Source of the DNA: an uncultured Actinomycetes bacterium
Lineage (GTDB): Bacteria > Actinomycetota > Thermoleophilia > Gaiellales > Gaiellaceae
Assembly: GCA_963758125.1 (NCBI GenBank)
Contig: CAVWUL010000011.1
Location: forward strand, 73,347-137,346
Reading direction: 5' to 3'
Length of the DNA: 64,000 nucleotides
Part shown: one piece after another, positions 45,079 through 54,738 of the stretch
Layout: each line of letters starts with the position of its first letter
Numbering within the stretch: position 1 is the stretch's first letter
Notes under the pieces: model-generated
Told to the model about the DNA's origin: nothing
Seen by the model: the letters and a program-made list of their open reading frames with translations, nothing else
The model's database searches: none
Made by a program: the position numbers and the translations under genes

Positions 45079-46263
45079 CTACCGGCGCGTAGCCACGCAC
45101 GCAAGCGGCAGCGTCTCGGGGCCGTGCACGGGCCAGCCGAGCATCACGGGCTCGCCGGCCCGCTCGAACGAGGCTGTGCGGGCGAGTAGCTCCTCGAGCG
45201 CGACCGTCAACTCGGTGCGGGCGACCGCGATCCCGGCGCACTTGTGCGGGCCGTGACCGAAGGCGAGATGCGGGTTCGGCGAGCGGTCGAGGACGAAGCG
45301 CTCCGGGTCCGCGAATACCTCGGGGTCGCGATTGGCAGAGGGCAGGACGAGCGCCGCCATCTCGCCCGCGCGGATCGTGCGGCCGCGAACCTCGACGTCG
45401 TGCGTCGCGGTGCGCGCGAAGCCCTGGTTCGGCGCGTAGAGGCGCAACAGCTCCTCGAGCGCCTGAGGAATGAGGCCCGGATCGCTTCTCAACTGCTGCT
45501 GGAGCCCGGGATCACGCGCCAGGTGGTCGACGGCACTCGCGAGGAGGGCAGTCGGGGCGACGTGGGCGGCGATCAGCAACTGCCGGAGGCTTCCCGCGAC
45601 GAACTCGTCCTCGAGCGGCTCGCCGTCGATCTCCACCGCGAGCAGTGCGCTGACGATGTCCTCGGCCGGGTCGAGCGGGCTCACGCGCCGCTCCGCCACG
45701 AGCTTCCGGCATTCGGCGTAGAGATGCTGATTCTCACGCTCGGCGGTCTCGGTGTCGAAGTGCGCCTGGGCGTGCTCGAACCGCTCGCCACTCGCATTCA
45801 GCTCGCGGGCGTACTCGCGTGGGAGATGGAGAATGTCCGTGAAGACGAGCCCTGCATACGGTGAGCTGAACTCCATCACGAACTCCCCACCGCCCGCCGC
45901 AACGAACGGCTCGAGCAACTCGCCGGCGAGCTCCCGCATCCGTGGCTCCATCGCCGGCACGCGCTCGGCGGCGAACACGGCGTTGAGGGGCCGCCGGTAG
46001 CGCGGATGCTCAGGCGGGTCGAAATGCAGCGGGGCGCGGCGGCCCGAGACGGGGTTCTTCGGCACGACGATCCCCTGCGCGCTCGAGAAGTCCGCAGGCC
46101 TGGAGCTCGCGGCGACGATGTCGTCGTAGCGGGTGAGCGCCCAGAAGTCCCAGCGTGCGCCGCGCGCGACCGGACAGTCCGCCCGCAGCCGCGCCCACGT
46201 CGCGTGCGGGTCGGCGACGAACTCCTCGGCGAGCGGATCGAAGTCGGCGGGCGAGGCGGCCAT
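45079..46263 (-). CDS. cytochrome P450 (paralog A)
   Basis: ATG at 46263 (MAASPADFDPL). FGHGPHKCAG heme loop. 394 aa. This is the C-terminal half of the artefactual 799-aa track ORF. Confidence 0.9.
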   Translation of the reverse strand: MAASPADFDPLAEEFVADPHATWARLRADCPVARGARWDFWALTRYDDIVAASSRPADFSSAQGIVVPKNPVSGRRAPLHFDPPEHPRYRRPLNAVFAAERVPAMEPRMRELAGELLEPFVAAGGGEFVMEFSSPYAGLVFTDILHLPREYARELNASGERFEHAQAHFDTETAERENQHLYAECRKLVAERRVSPLDPAEDIVSALLAVEIDGEPLEDEFVAGSLRQLLIAAHVAPTALLASAVDHLARDPGLQQQLRSDPGLIPQALEELLRLYAPNQGFARTATHDVEVRGRTIRAGEMAALVLPSANRDPEVFADPERFVLDRSPNPHLAFGHGPHKCAGIAVARTELTVALEELLARTASFERAGEPVMLGWPVHGPETLPLACVATRR

Positions 46264-47442
46264 CAGCCGAACCGGATCGGCAGCAGCTCGTACCCCGACT
46301 TGAACCCGACCGACGCGACGGGCTCTCCGGCGAGCGAGAACGATTCCGTGCGGTCGAGCAGCTCGTCGAGCACGACCCGGAGCTCGAGCCGGGCGAGCGG
46401 TGCCCCGATGCAGATGTGCGGGCCGATCCCGAAGGTCAGGTGCCGGTTCGGCTTGCGCGCGAGATCGCAGACGCTCGCGTCCGGGAACGCAGCTTCGTCG
46501 AGGTTTCCGGCGGCGAAGCCCAGGCCGACGAGGTCTCCGGCCTGGATCACGACACCTTCGACCTCGACGTCTTGCGTTGCCGTGCGCCCGAGCAGGTGCA
46601 GCGGAGGGCCGACGCGAAGGAGCTCCTCGACCGCGGTCGGGATCAGCGATCGGTCCTTGCGAAGCCGGGCCTGCTCGTCGGGATGCGTGGCGAGGCGGTG
46701 GATCGCAACCGTGAGCGAGCGGGTCGTCGTCGAGTGGCCCGCCGCAATCATCTGCCAGCCGACGGCGGCGATCGTCTCGTCGTCCAGCAGCTCGCCGTCC
46801 TGCCGCGCTACGAGGAGACCCGAGAACATGTCCTCGGCCGGATCGAGCGGCGTGCGGCGTCGCTCCGCCACGAGCTCGGCCGCCTTCTCGATGAACAGGG
46901 CAGAGACGGCGGCCTGCTCCTGCGGGACCGGAGCCGCCAACCGCCTGAACGGCCGCGCTCAGCCCCTTCATCGCGACCCATTCCGAGTCGGGCACGTTCA
47001 GGAACGCGCAGAGCAGGCGCGCCGGGAGTGGATGGGCGAGCGCGGCGTGCAGATCGCCTTCGCCGGCCGCCAGGACCGGAGCGAGATGCTCGGCCACGAG
47101 CGCCCGGACGCGAGGCTCGAGCGCCTTGATCCGGCTCGGCGTGAAGTAGGGCGCGAGCAGTCTCCGGAAGTACGTGTGCCGCTCTCCGTTCGTCGAGAGC
47201 GGGATGAACTCCGGCGTCCCGGGCCGCTCGACGAAGGGCTGCCGGCTCTCGAATGTGGCGGTGTCCCGCGCCGCGGCCTCGATCTCCGCGTAGCGCGAGA
47301 GCGTCCAGAAGCCCCCGTAGGCAGAGGTGTGGGCGACCGGGCAACCCTCGCGCAGATCGGCGTAGAGCGGGAAGAGCGCCTCGCCGTCCGATGCCTCGAG
47401 CGGCGCCCAGTCCTCGCGCGTCTCGGCCTCAGCCGGGGTCAC
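46263..47442 (-). pseudogene. cytochrome P450 (paralog B), one apparent frameshift near 46935-46960
   Basis: N part is in the frame of ORF 45079..47478. C part is ORF 46263..46940 (FGIGPHICIG). GTG at 47442 forms a GTGA overlap with the paralog C stop; ATG at 47478 is the alternative start. Confidence 0.75.
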
Positions 47443-48632
47443 GGGGCGAGCCTCGTGGGAACGCTCAACGTCCCCCACTCGGGCCAGCCGGTCATCGTCA
47501 CCTCGCCGTCGAGCTCGATAGCCGAGGTTCGTGCGAGCAGCTCCTCGAGCGTGACCTCGAGCATCAGCGTCGCAAGCGGCGCGCCGGCGCAGCGATGCGG
47601 CCCGGCGCCGAAGGCGAGATGGCGCCCGATGTTCGGGCGGTCGAGCACGAACTCGTGCGGGTCGGAGAAGACCGACTCGTCGCGGTTGGCCGACGCGTAG
47701 ACGAGGGCGACCGGTTCGTCCTTGCGGATCGTGCGACCGCCGATCTCGACGTCTCGCGTGGGGGTGCGCGCGAACCCGCGATACGGCGTGAGCAGGCGGA
47801 GGTACTCCTGGACCGCAGCAGGCACGAGCGACGGATCGTTCCGTAGCCGGGCCTGCAGCTCGGGGTGCTCCGCGAGGTGCACGACCATGCTCCCGATGAA
47901 CACGCAGGGCGCGACCATGCCGACGACGATGAACTGCCGGATCGTCCCTAGGAGCATCTCGGGCGGGAACGGCTCGCCGTCGACCCGCGCCGCGAGCAGG
48001 CCCGAGACCGGGTCGTCGGCCGGATCGAGCGGCTCCGCCTCGCGCATCGCGATGATCGCCCGGGCGATGTCGTAGAGCGCGACGCTCGTGCGCTTGACGC
48101 CCTCCATGTCGAACTTCTGCACTGCATCCACGAACTCGCGCGTCGCCTCGCGGATCGCCATCCCGAGCTCGGGTGTCAGGTTGAAGAACTCGGCGAAGAC
48201 GTAGCCGGGAAGCCGGTGGGTGAACTCGGCGCAGATGTCCGCGCCGCCCTTGTCGACGAGCGGCTGCAGCAGATCGGCGACGATTCGCCGTAGCTCAGGC
48301 TCGATCGCGGTCATCTTCTCCACGGTGAAGTACGGGTTGAGCGCGCGCCGGTAGGGCGTGTGCTCGGGCGGGTCGAGGTGGAGCGGCGGGCGGCGGCCGG
48401 TGAAGGCGAGTCTCGGCACGACGTTCTGGACGCTCGTCGTGAAGAGCGCCGGGTCGCCGGCCGCGGCGAGCACGTCGTCGTAGCGAAGGAGCGCCCAGAA
48501 GCCGTTCCAGGCATCGCTGCGTGCGACCGGGCATGCCCGGCGGAGCACGCTGAACTCCTCGTGGAAACTCGCGAACGACTCGGCCTCGAGCGGATCGAAG
48601 TCCTGCACGGGCCGCTCCGCGTCGACCGCCAT
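47439..48632 (-). CDS. cytochrome P450 (paralog C)
   Basis: ATG at 48632 after a GGAGGAGG SD. FGAGPHRCAG heme loop. 397 aa. Confidence 0.9.
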   Translation of the reverse strand: MAVDAERPVQDFDPLEAESFASFHEEFSVLRRACPVARSDAWNGFWALLRYDDVLAAAGDPALFTTSVQNVVPRLAFTGRRPPLHLDPPEHTPYRRALNPYFTVEKMTAIEPELRRIVADLLQPLVDKGGADICAEFTHRLPGYVFAEFFNLTPELGMAIREATREFVDAVQKFDMEGVKRTSVALYDIARAIIAMREAEPLDPADDPVSGLLAARVDGEPFPPEMLLGTIRQFIVVGMVAPCVFIGSMVVHLAEHPELQARLRNDPSLVPAAVQEYLRLLTPYRGFARTPTRDVEIGGRTIRKDEPVALVYASANRDESVFSDPHEFVLDRPNIGRHLAFGAGPHRCAGAPLATLMLEVTLEELLARTSAIELDGEVTMTGWPEWGTLSVPTRLAP

Positions 48633-48820
48633 CAGTCCTCCTCCAGCGCGATCGCGAGGTTCGGGCAGGCATCGACCGCGTCGCGGACCGCGGCCTCGTG
48701 CTCGGGCGCCGGGACGACGTCGTAGACGAGCTCGCCGTCCACGATCCGGAACACATCCGGTGCGGCGTAGGTGCACTCGGCGTTCAGCGAGCACACCTCG
48801 GCGTCGACGGCGATCTTCAC
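48632..48820 (-). CDS. small ferredoxin (3Fe-4S/4Fe-4S type, P450 redox partner type)
   Basis: 62 aa, VKIAVDAEVCSLNAECTYAAPDVF...DACPNLAI (CxxxxxC...CP pattern). GTGA overlap with the paralog D stop. Its stop overlaps the paralog C ATG. Confidence 0.8.
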   Translation of the reverse strand: MKIAVDAEVCSLNAECTYAAPDVFRIVDGELVYDVVPAPEHEAAVRDAVDACPNLAIALEED

Positions 48821-50001
48821 GGCGCCACCAGGCGAAGCGGCAGGTACGAGACGCCCTGGCGGATGAACGTGGTGCGGATCGGCTCGCCCGCGAGCTCGAA
48901 CCACGAGGTTCGGTCGAGGAGCTCCTCGACCGCGATCCGGATCTCGAGGCGAGCGAGGTCGATCCCGATGCAGCGATGGATGCCCCGGCCGAAGGTGACG
49001 TGCTCGTTCGGGCTTCGGTCGATCACGCAGCGATCGGGCTCCGAGAAGTGCCCGGGATCCCGGTTCGCGGCCGCCCACATCAGCATCAGCTGCTCGCCTG
49101 CCTCGACCCGGCGGCCGTGCAGCTCGAGCTCGTCGTTGGCCCAGCGCGGCATGCCCTGCACCGGCGTCTCGAGGCGGAGGAACTCCTCGATCGCGAGCGG
49201 GACGAGCTCGGGCTCGGCACGAAGGCGCTTCTGGATCTCGGGGTCGGCCGCGATCCGCAGAAGCGAGTTGCCGATCCCCCCGGTCGTCGAGTTGTGCCCG
49301 GCCGTGAGCAGCAGACGGATCAGCTCGATGCAGCTCGCCTCGGTGACCTCGTTCGCGCCGTCGGTGGCGCCGAAGATGCCCGAGATGAGATCGGTCTCGG
49401 GATCCCGCGGCCGCTCGATGCGCTCGCGGACGAGGCCTCGCGAGTACTCGTAGAGCGCGTCGTTGCAGCGCGCCCGCGCGGCCGGGTCGTTGCCGCGGCC
49501 CTCCTCGGCCGCGAAGAGCTCCTCGGAGATCGCCTTCAGCCCTGCCCACTCCTCGTCGGGCAGCCCGAGCCAGAGGCAGAGCGAGCGCGCCGGCAGCGGG
49601 TAGCTGAGCGACTCGGCCAGATCGGCCTCTCCGGCCGCAAGGGCCGGCTCGAGCATCTCGGCGACGAAGCCGCGCACAGCCGGCTCGAGCTGCGCGACCC
49701 GCTCCCGCCCGAAGTACGGCTGGAGCACGCGGCGATAGAAGGTGTGCTCGGGCCGGTCGACCTCGAGCGGCGGGCGCCCGGTGCCGAACTGGGGGCCGCC
49801 CGAGTTGTTGAACCGCTCCGACGCGCGGGCGATCGAAACGACGTCGTCGTAGCGGGAGACCGCCCAGAAACCGCCCATCCGCTCGGTCCAGGCGACCGGG
49901 CAGCGCTCGCGCAGGCCGGCCCACGACGCCGGGGGATCGGCGGCCGTGCCGGGCTCATAGGGGTCCCACTCGACGGGGCGGTTGACGGCGGTGCCGGTCA
50001 T
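48817..50001 (-). CDS. cytochrome P450 (paralog D)
   Basis: 394 aa. FGRGIHRCIG heme loop. ATGA overlap with the dioxygenase stop. Confidence 0.9.
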   Translation of the reverse strand: MTGTAVNRPVEWDPYEPGTAADPPASWAGLRERCPVAWTERMGGFWAVSRYDDVVSIARASERFNNSGGPQFGTGRPPLEVDRPEHTFYRRVLQPYFGRERVAQLEPAVRGFVAEMLEPALAAGEADLAESLSYPLPARSLCLWLGLPDEEWAGLKAISEELFAAEEGRGNDPAARARCNDALYEYSRGLVRERIERPRDPETDLISGIFGATDGANEVTEASCIELIRLLLTAGHNSTTGGIGNSLLRIAADPEIQKRLRAEPELVPLAIEEFLRLETPVQGMPRWANDELELHGRRVEAGEQLMLMWAAANRDPGHFSEPDRCVIDRSPNEHVTFGRGIHRCIGIDLARLEIRIAVEELLDRTSWFELAGEPIRTTFIRQGVSYLPLRLVAP

Positions 50002-51081
50002 CGCGGCTCGAAGGTCTCGCCGATCGACTGCTGCTCGGGCTCCTCGATCCGCTTGAAGAGCCGGAAGGCCTCGAGCACCGGCCGATCGCTGATCACGAAC
50101 AGGTCGGCCTCCTCGTTCGCCTCATGGTCGACGGCGGCCCAGGAAGGAACGACGAACGTGTCGCCCGGCCCCCACTCGTATGCCGTCTCGTTGATCACGG
50201 TGCGCCCCGAGCCACTGAAGACGACCCAGACCGAGCTGCCGGTGCTCCGCGTCGTGGGCGTGCGCGCGCCCGGGTAAAGCCGCGTCATCTCGCTCGAGAA
50301 GGTGCGGATCGCCGGGCCGCCCGTGGCCGGGTTCAGGTACTCGACCGTCACCTGGTGGCCGCCCTCCGAGGCGTGCAGTGCCTCTAGTTGGCGCACGGTG
50401 TTCGCACGGCTGTAGCGGAGGAGCGGCGAGTTGAGCGGGTCGGGATCGCCGCCCGCGGGCGCGACGCCCGGCCCCGAGTAGAGCTGCTCGGAGAGGTTGT
50501 GGCCGCGCACCTCCTGCGTCAGGTCGGGATGGTTCTCGAAGAAGATCGACTCGAGCGAGACCATCAACGGCAGATCGAGACCGTCGAACCACACCATCGG
50601 CTCGTCGCCGTAGTTGTTGTGGTCGTGCCACTTCCAGTTCGGGGTGAGGATCAGGTCACCGGCCTCCATCTCGCAGGCGTCGCCGTCGACCGTCGTGTAG
50701 ACACTCGAGCCCGCCAGCACGAAGCGGATCGCCGAGGGCGTATGACGGTGTGCGGGCGCGCTCTCACCGGGCCCCAGGAACTGGATCGCGCCCCAGAGCG
50801 TGGTGCTCGTGAACGGGAGGCCGTTGAGCCCGGGATTCGCCAGGGCGAGCACGCGCCGGTCGCCGCCGCGCTCGATCGTGATGATCTCCCCCGCGCGTTT
50901 GGCCAGAGGCAGCACCGTGTCCCACTTCCAGAGCCAGGGCAGGGTGCTCGGAAGCGGGCACGTCCGGCATGATCTTGCGCTGGAGGCTCCACAGCGCCTG
51001 CAGATCGTGGGCGGCGAGCGCGCCGCAGAACTCGTCGTAGCCGACCTCGACGGTGTGTGCGCTACTGACGTCGATGCTCAT
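49998..51081 (-). pseudogene. gentisate 1,2-dioxygenase-like bicupin, one apparent frameshift near 50935-50950
   Basis: N-terminal 50 aa lie in ORF 50764..51081 (..LQALWSLQRKIMPDVPASEHP). The continuation PWLWKWDTVLPLAKRAG.. is in the frame of ORF 49998..50915. Two cupin modules (HRHTPSAIRF; second cupin near the C-terminus). Confidence 0.8.
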
Positions 51082-51968
51082 CCTGACCTCCTGTCGCTTG
51101 TGCTCGGCGGCTCGCCATCCTCGAGCCGGTCGAAATGATCCTGCGCCGCCTGGCTCCAGGCGGCATGACGGCGGTGGAAGAACTCGTAGGCACCGCGCCG
51201 CGGCCAGTCGCGCGGCAGCAGCTCGTCCGGCAGATCCGGATCGAGAAACGCGATCCGGCGCCAGGCGTGGACGAGCTCGGTCTGCGCACGGAACGTGCCG
51301 GCACCGTCGCGCGGTCGTGCGCCGGCGAACCGTTCGAGGAAGCCCTCGTACTCCTCACGGAGCCCGTCCAGATCCCAGGCGTCGACGAGATCCTCCGCGC
51401 GGCCGAGTGTTCCGAGGCCGGCCATGAACGAGACGGCCTCGGCGCCTGCATCGGCGGCTCGAAGCGCGGCGGCGACGAGCGGCTCGCGGTCGGCGTGCGG
51501 CGCGATCCACACGCCGCCTCCGAGCGAGCCCATGCCGGCCCGCGCGAGCCGGGTGCGGACGTGGTGCCTGACACGCCTGCGCTCCTCGGGGATGCGGAGG
51601 ACGACCACGAGCCAGCGCTCGTCCCACGTCGTTTCGCGGCCGAAGCCGAAGATCCGCTCGCGGCCCTCCTCGAGCACGTGGGCCGTCTCGCGCGTGACGC
51701 TCATCCGGGTGCGGCGCCCCGTGCGCTCACCCGTGAGCCAGCCGTCGCGCGTGCTGCGGGCAACCGCCTGTCGCGCCGTCTGCTCGGTGTGCCCGAGCGT
51801 GACGAGCGCCGCGATCAGCCGCTCCTGCCACACGATGCCCTCGCGGGGCATCACGTACTCGCCGAGGACGGTCATCAGCACCGAGCGGGCGGCGGGCGGG
51901 CCGACGCTGCGGCGGCGCATCGCGCTCGAGAGCGCGCTGCCGGGCGGAGGGCCGGCGAGGGCGGTCAT
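51078..51968 (-). CDS. PaaX-family transcriptional regulator
   Basis: ATG at 51968 in an ATGA overlap with the thiolase-like stop. 296 aa. WDERWLVVVLRIPEERRRVRHHVRTRLARAGMGSLGGGVWIAP is the typical PaaX core. Confidence 0.85.
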   Translation of the reverse strand: MTALAGPPPGSALSSAMRRRSVGPPAARSVLMTVLGEYVMPREGIVWQERLIAALVTLGHTEQTARQAVARSTRDGWLTGERTGRRTRMSVTRETAHVLEEGRERIFGFGRETTWDERWLVVVLRIPEERRRVRHHVRTRLARAGMGSLGGGVWIAPHADREPLVAAALRAADAGAEAVSFMAGLGTLGRAEDLVDAWDLDGLREEYEGFLERFAGARPRDGAGTFRAQTELVHAWRRIAFLDPDLPDELLPRDWPRRGAYEFFHRRHAAWSQAAQDHFDRLEDGEPPSTSDRRSG

Positions 51969-53139
51969 CCGTCGACCTCGAGTACGAGCGCCGCGCCGGT
52001 GTCGCCGGCCGCGCAACCGGTGAAGAGCCCGACGCCGCCGCCGCGACGCAGGAGCGCGTGCATCAGCTCGACGACGCCGCGCGCGCCGGTCGGTGCCTGA
52101 GGGTGTCCGTAGACGAGGCTCGAGCCGAAGGGATTGAGCTCGTTCGCGTCGACCCCGAGCTCACGCGCGAACCACACGTCGTTGACTGCGAAGGGGTTGT
52201 GCGTCTTGATCACGGCGACGTCTCCGATCCCGATGCCGGCGTCAGCGAGCGCGGCGCGGGCGGCCGGGACGGGCGCCTTCGGCATCGCGCCGGGCTCGAC
52301 GCGGGCGAACCCCGTCGAGCGGATCCGCGCGACGGGGCCGTCGTATCCGGTCTCCTCGAGCGAGGCCCGGCTCGCCACGATCATCCCGGCGGAGCCGTCG
52401 GCAGGATGGGTCTGCGTGCCGTAGCTGACGACGCCTCCATCCTCCACCGGCGCGAGGGCCGCGAGCTCCTCGCGGACGATCGGCCGGATCCCCCAATCCT
52501 CGGCGATCTCGACCGGCTTTCGCCTGGAGCCCGCGGCGATCGGGACCATCCACCCGCGCTGGAACGCGCGCTCGTCGGCGAGCGCGTCGAGGTACTGCTC
52601 GTAGCGGCGCACGGCCAGGTCATCGAGCTCGGACTTCTCGATCTTCCCTTCGGCCGCGACGCGCTCGGCGGTCGCGAGCATCGCCTTGCCGGTGACGGGA
52701 TCGTGGCCGAAGTTGTCGAGCACCCAGTTCTCCGAGTCGGGCGTTGCCCCGGGCGCGCCGGTCCGAGGGTAGACGAGATGCGGACCGTTGCTCGTGCGGT
52801 CGGTCGCAACCACGAGACACGCCCCGCGGCCGTTCGCAGCCGCCCAGTTGATGCACGCAACCGATGTCGCGCACGCCTGTGCGAGCATCGGGCCGCTCGT
52901 GTGCCCGAGCCCGAGCCGGGCCGCGAGTGTCGGGGCGCCGTAGAACGACTCCTTCTGCGGGACGGTGATTCCGAGGACGAGGTCGGTCACGGGCCACTCG
53001 ACGCCGTGCGGGCGAGAGCGTCACGCGTCACCTGGAGCGCGAGGTCGAGGCTCGAGATGTCCGCCGCCGGCCCCTGCCACCGCACGAACGGGCTCGACCA
53101 CGAGGCGCTCACCGGAATGCACACGTCCTCGAACCTCAC
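51965..53139 (-). pseudogene. thiolase-family protein, one apparent frameshift near 53000-53010
   Basis: GTG at 53139 after a GGAGA SD encodes VRFEDVCIPVSASW..LARTAS and stops at 52987. Homology continues one frame over as GVEWPVTDLVLGITVPQ.. (track ORF 51965..52990). C-terminal GCAAGDTG. Confidence 0.75.
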
Positions 53140-53176
53140 CTGGCGTCTCCTATCGCAGATTGCGTATCCGGCATTA

Positions 53177-53206
53177 TTGACAGTTCTTTCGACTGCCGTC
53201 TAGTGT
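53177..53206 (+). promoter_or_regulatory. candidate sigma-70-type promoter for the FAH operon (TTGACA-N18-TAGTGT)
   Basis: Perfect -35 hexamer at 53177..53182 and a TAnnnT-type -10 at 53201..53206, in the locally AT-richer divergent spacer 35 nt upstream of ATG 53241. Confidence 0.4.
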
Positions 53207-53240
53207 TCTGTCACATGACGATCCTATCGCCCACCTGCAG

Positions 53241-54067
53241 ATGCGGCTCGTAACGGTCGCCGCCCCTGACGGCGCGACCGTCGCGGCCGTCCGGGAAGGC
53301 GAGGCGCTGCATGCGCTCGAGGACGCGGGCGGCGCGCTTACCGCGACCTCGGCGCTCTGTTCGCGGGTGGCTTCAGCGGCACGGCGCGCGAGCCACTCGA
53401 AGGTGAGTGGAGGATCGTCCGCCCTGTGACCACCCCGGCCGCGACCGTCTGCGTCGGGATCAACTACGGCGCCCACATCGAGGAGATGGGCCGCGAGCTG
53501 CCGACGAGCCCGACGCTGTTCCTGAAGCTCGCGCAGGCGCTGCTCGACCCTGGCGACGACGTCGTGATCCCGCCCGAGTCGGCGAAGGTCGACTACGAGG
53601 GTGAGCTCGTTGCCGTCGTCGGGCGCGGCGGCCGGCGGATCCCGCGCGGGGAGGCGATGGACCACGTGGCGGGTGTGACGCTGATGAACGACGTGACCAT
53701 GCGCGATTTTCAGTACCGCTCGCTCCAGTGGTTCGCCGGCAAGTCGTGGCAGGCCTCGACCCCGGTCGGGCCCGAGGTGGTGACGCTCGACGAGCTCGAC
53801 GAGCTCGAGTCCCGGCAGCTCACAACGACCGTCAACGGAGCGGTGCGCCAGCAGGCGGTGATCGGAGACCTCGTCTTCGACATCCCCTCGCTCATCGCCG
53901 ACATCTCCCAGGTGATCGAGCTCAGCCCCGGCGACCTGATCGCGACCGGGACGCCCGGCGGTGTCGGCCACGGGATGGATCCGCCCTCGTACCTCGTCGC
54001 CGGCGACGTGGTCGAGGTCTCGCTCGAGGGGCTCGGGACCCTGCGCACGACCTTCGTCGCCGGCTGA
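53241..54067 (+). pseudogene. fumarylacetoacetate hydrolase (FAH) family protein, one apparent frameshift near 53335-53350
   Basis: N-terminus MRLVTVAAPDG..LEDAGGA is in frame 0. The rest (DLGALFAGG..VCVGINYGAHIEE..GTPGGVG) is in the frame of ORF 53426..54067. Confidence 0.8.
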
Positions 54068-54738
54068 TGTTCCTCGAGCCGGAGCAGCTCGAGCGCCCCG
54101 TCCTGAACGGCCTGATGAACGGCCTCGTCGCTCCGCGCCCGATTGCGTGGGTCTCGACGCTCGGCTCGGACGGCAGGGCGAACCTGGCGCCGTTCTCGTT
54201 CTTCAACGCCTTCTCGTTCCATCCGTTCCCCACGGTCGGGGTCGGTCCGGGTGCCCGCGCCGGGATCGACAAGGACACGCTGCGAAACGCCAGGGAGACG
54301 GGCGAGCTGACGATCTCCACCGTCGACGAGAACCTGGCCGAGCGCGCGAACGCGACGAGCGCGGAGTTCGGGCCCGAAGTGGACGAGTGGCTCGTCTCCG
54401 GCGTGACCCGCGCTCCGTCCGGGCTCGTGGCCCCGCCTCGCGTGGCCGAGTCACCCGCGGCGTTCGAGTGCCGCGTCCACCGGATCGTCGACCTCGGAAG
54501 CGACGAGCTCCCGTCGAACGCTCTCGTGGTCGCGCGGGTCGTACGGATCTACGTTCGCGACGACTGCGTCGACGCGGAGCTGCGGCCGTTGTCGGACGCG
54601 CTGGCCCTCGTCGGCCGGATGGCCGGCAACGACTGGGTGCGGACGCGCGACCGCTTCGAGCTTCGACGTCCGGCGAGCATCGATCCGGACGAGGTTGCGC
54701 AGAGCCTCCAGGGCCAGGCCCTTCCGGGACACCGTTGA
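54067..54738 (+). CDS. flavin reductase-like (FMN-binding split-barrel) protein
   Basis: ATG overlaps the FAH stop (TGATG). 223 aa. RPIAWVSTLGSDGRANLAPFSFFNA is typical of the flavin_reduct family. Confidence 0.85.
   Translation: MFLEPEQLERPVLNGLMNGLVAPRPIAWVSTLGSDGRANLAPFSFFNAFSFHPFPTVGVGPGARAGIDKDTLRNARETGELTISTVDENLAERANATSAEFGPEVDEWLVSGVTRAPSGLVAPPRVAESPAAFECRVHRIVDLGSDELPSNALVVARVVRIYVRDDCVDAELRPLSDALALVGRMAGNDWVRTRDRFELRRPASIDPDEVAQSLQGQALPGHR

Noticed and set aside
45079-47478. Single 799-aa ORF that could be read as a fused double P450
   Set aside because: The central ~200 residues are Arg/Pro/Gly-rich out-of-frame read-through. The real content is P450 paralog A (from ATG 46263) plus the N-terminal half of frameshifted paralog B, whose C-terminal half is ORF 46263..46940.
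53215-53253. 12-codon mini-ORF (MTILSPTCRCGS) right after the predicted promoter, possibly a leader peptide
   Set aside because: It is too short and has no SD or conservation evidence. It overlaps the FAH ATG out of frame. It is noted only as a by-product of the promoter inspection.
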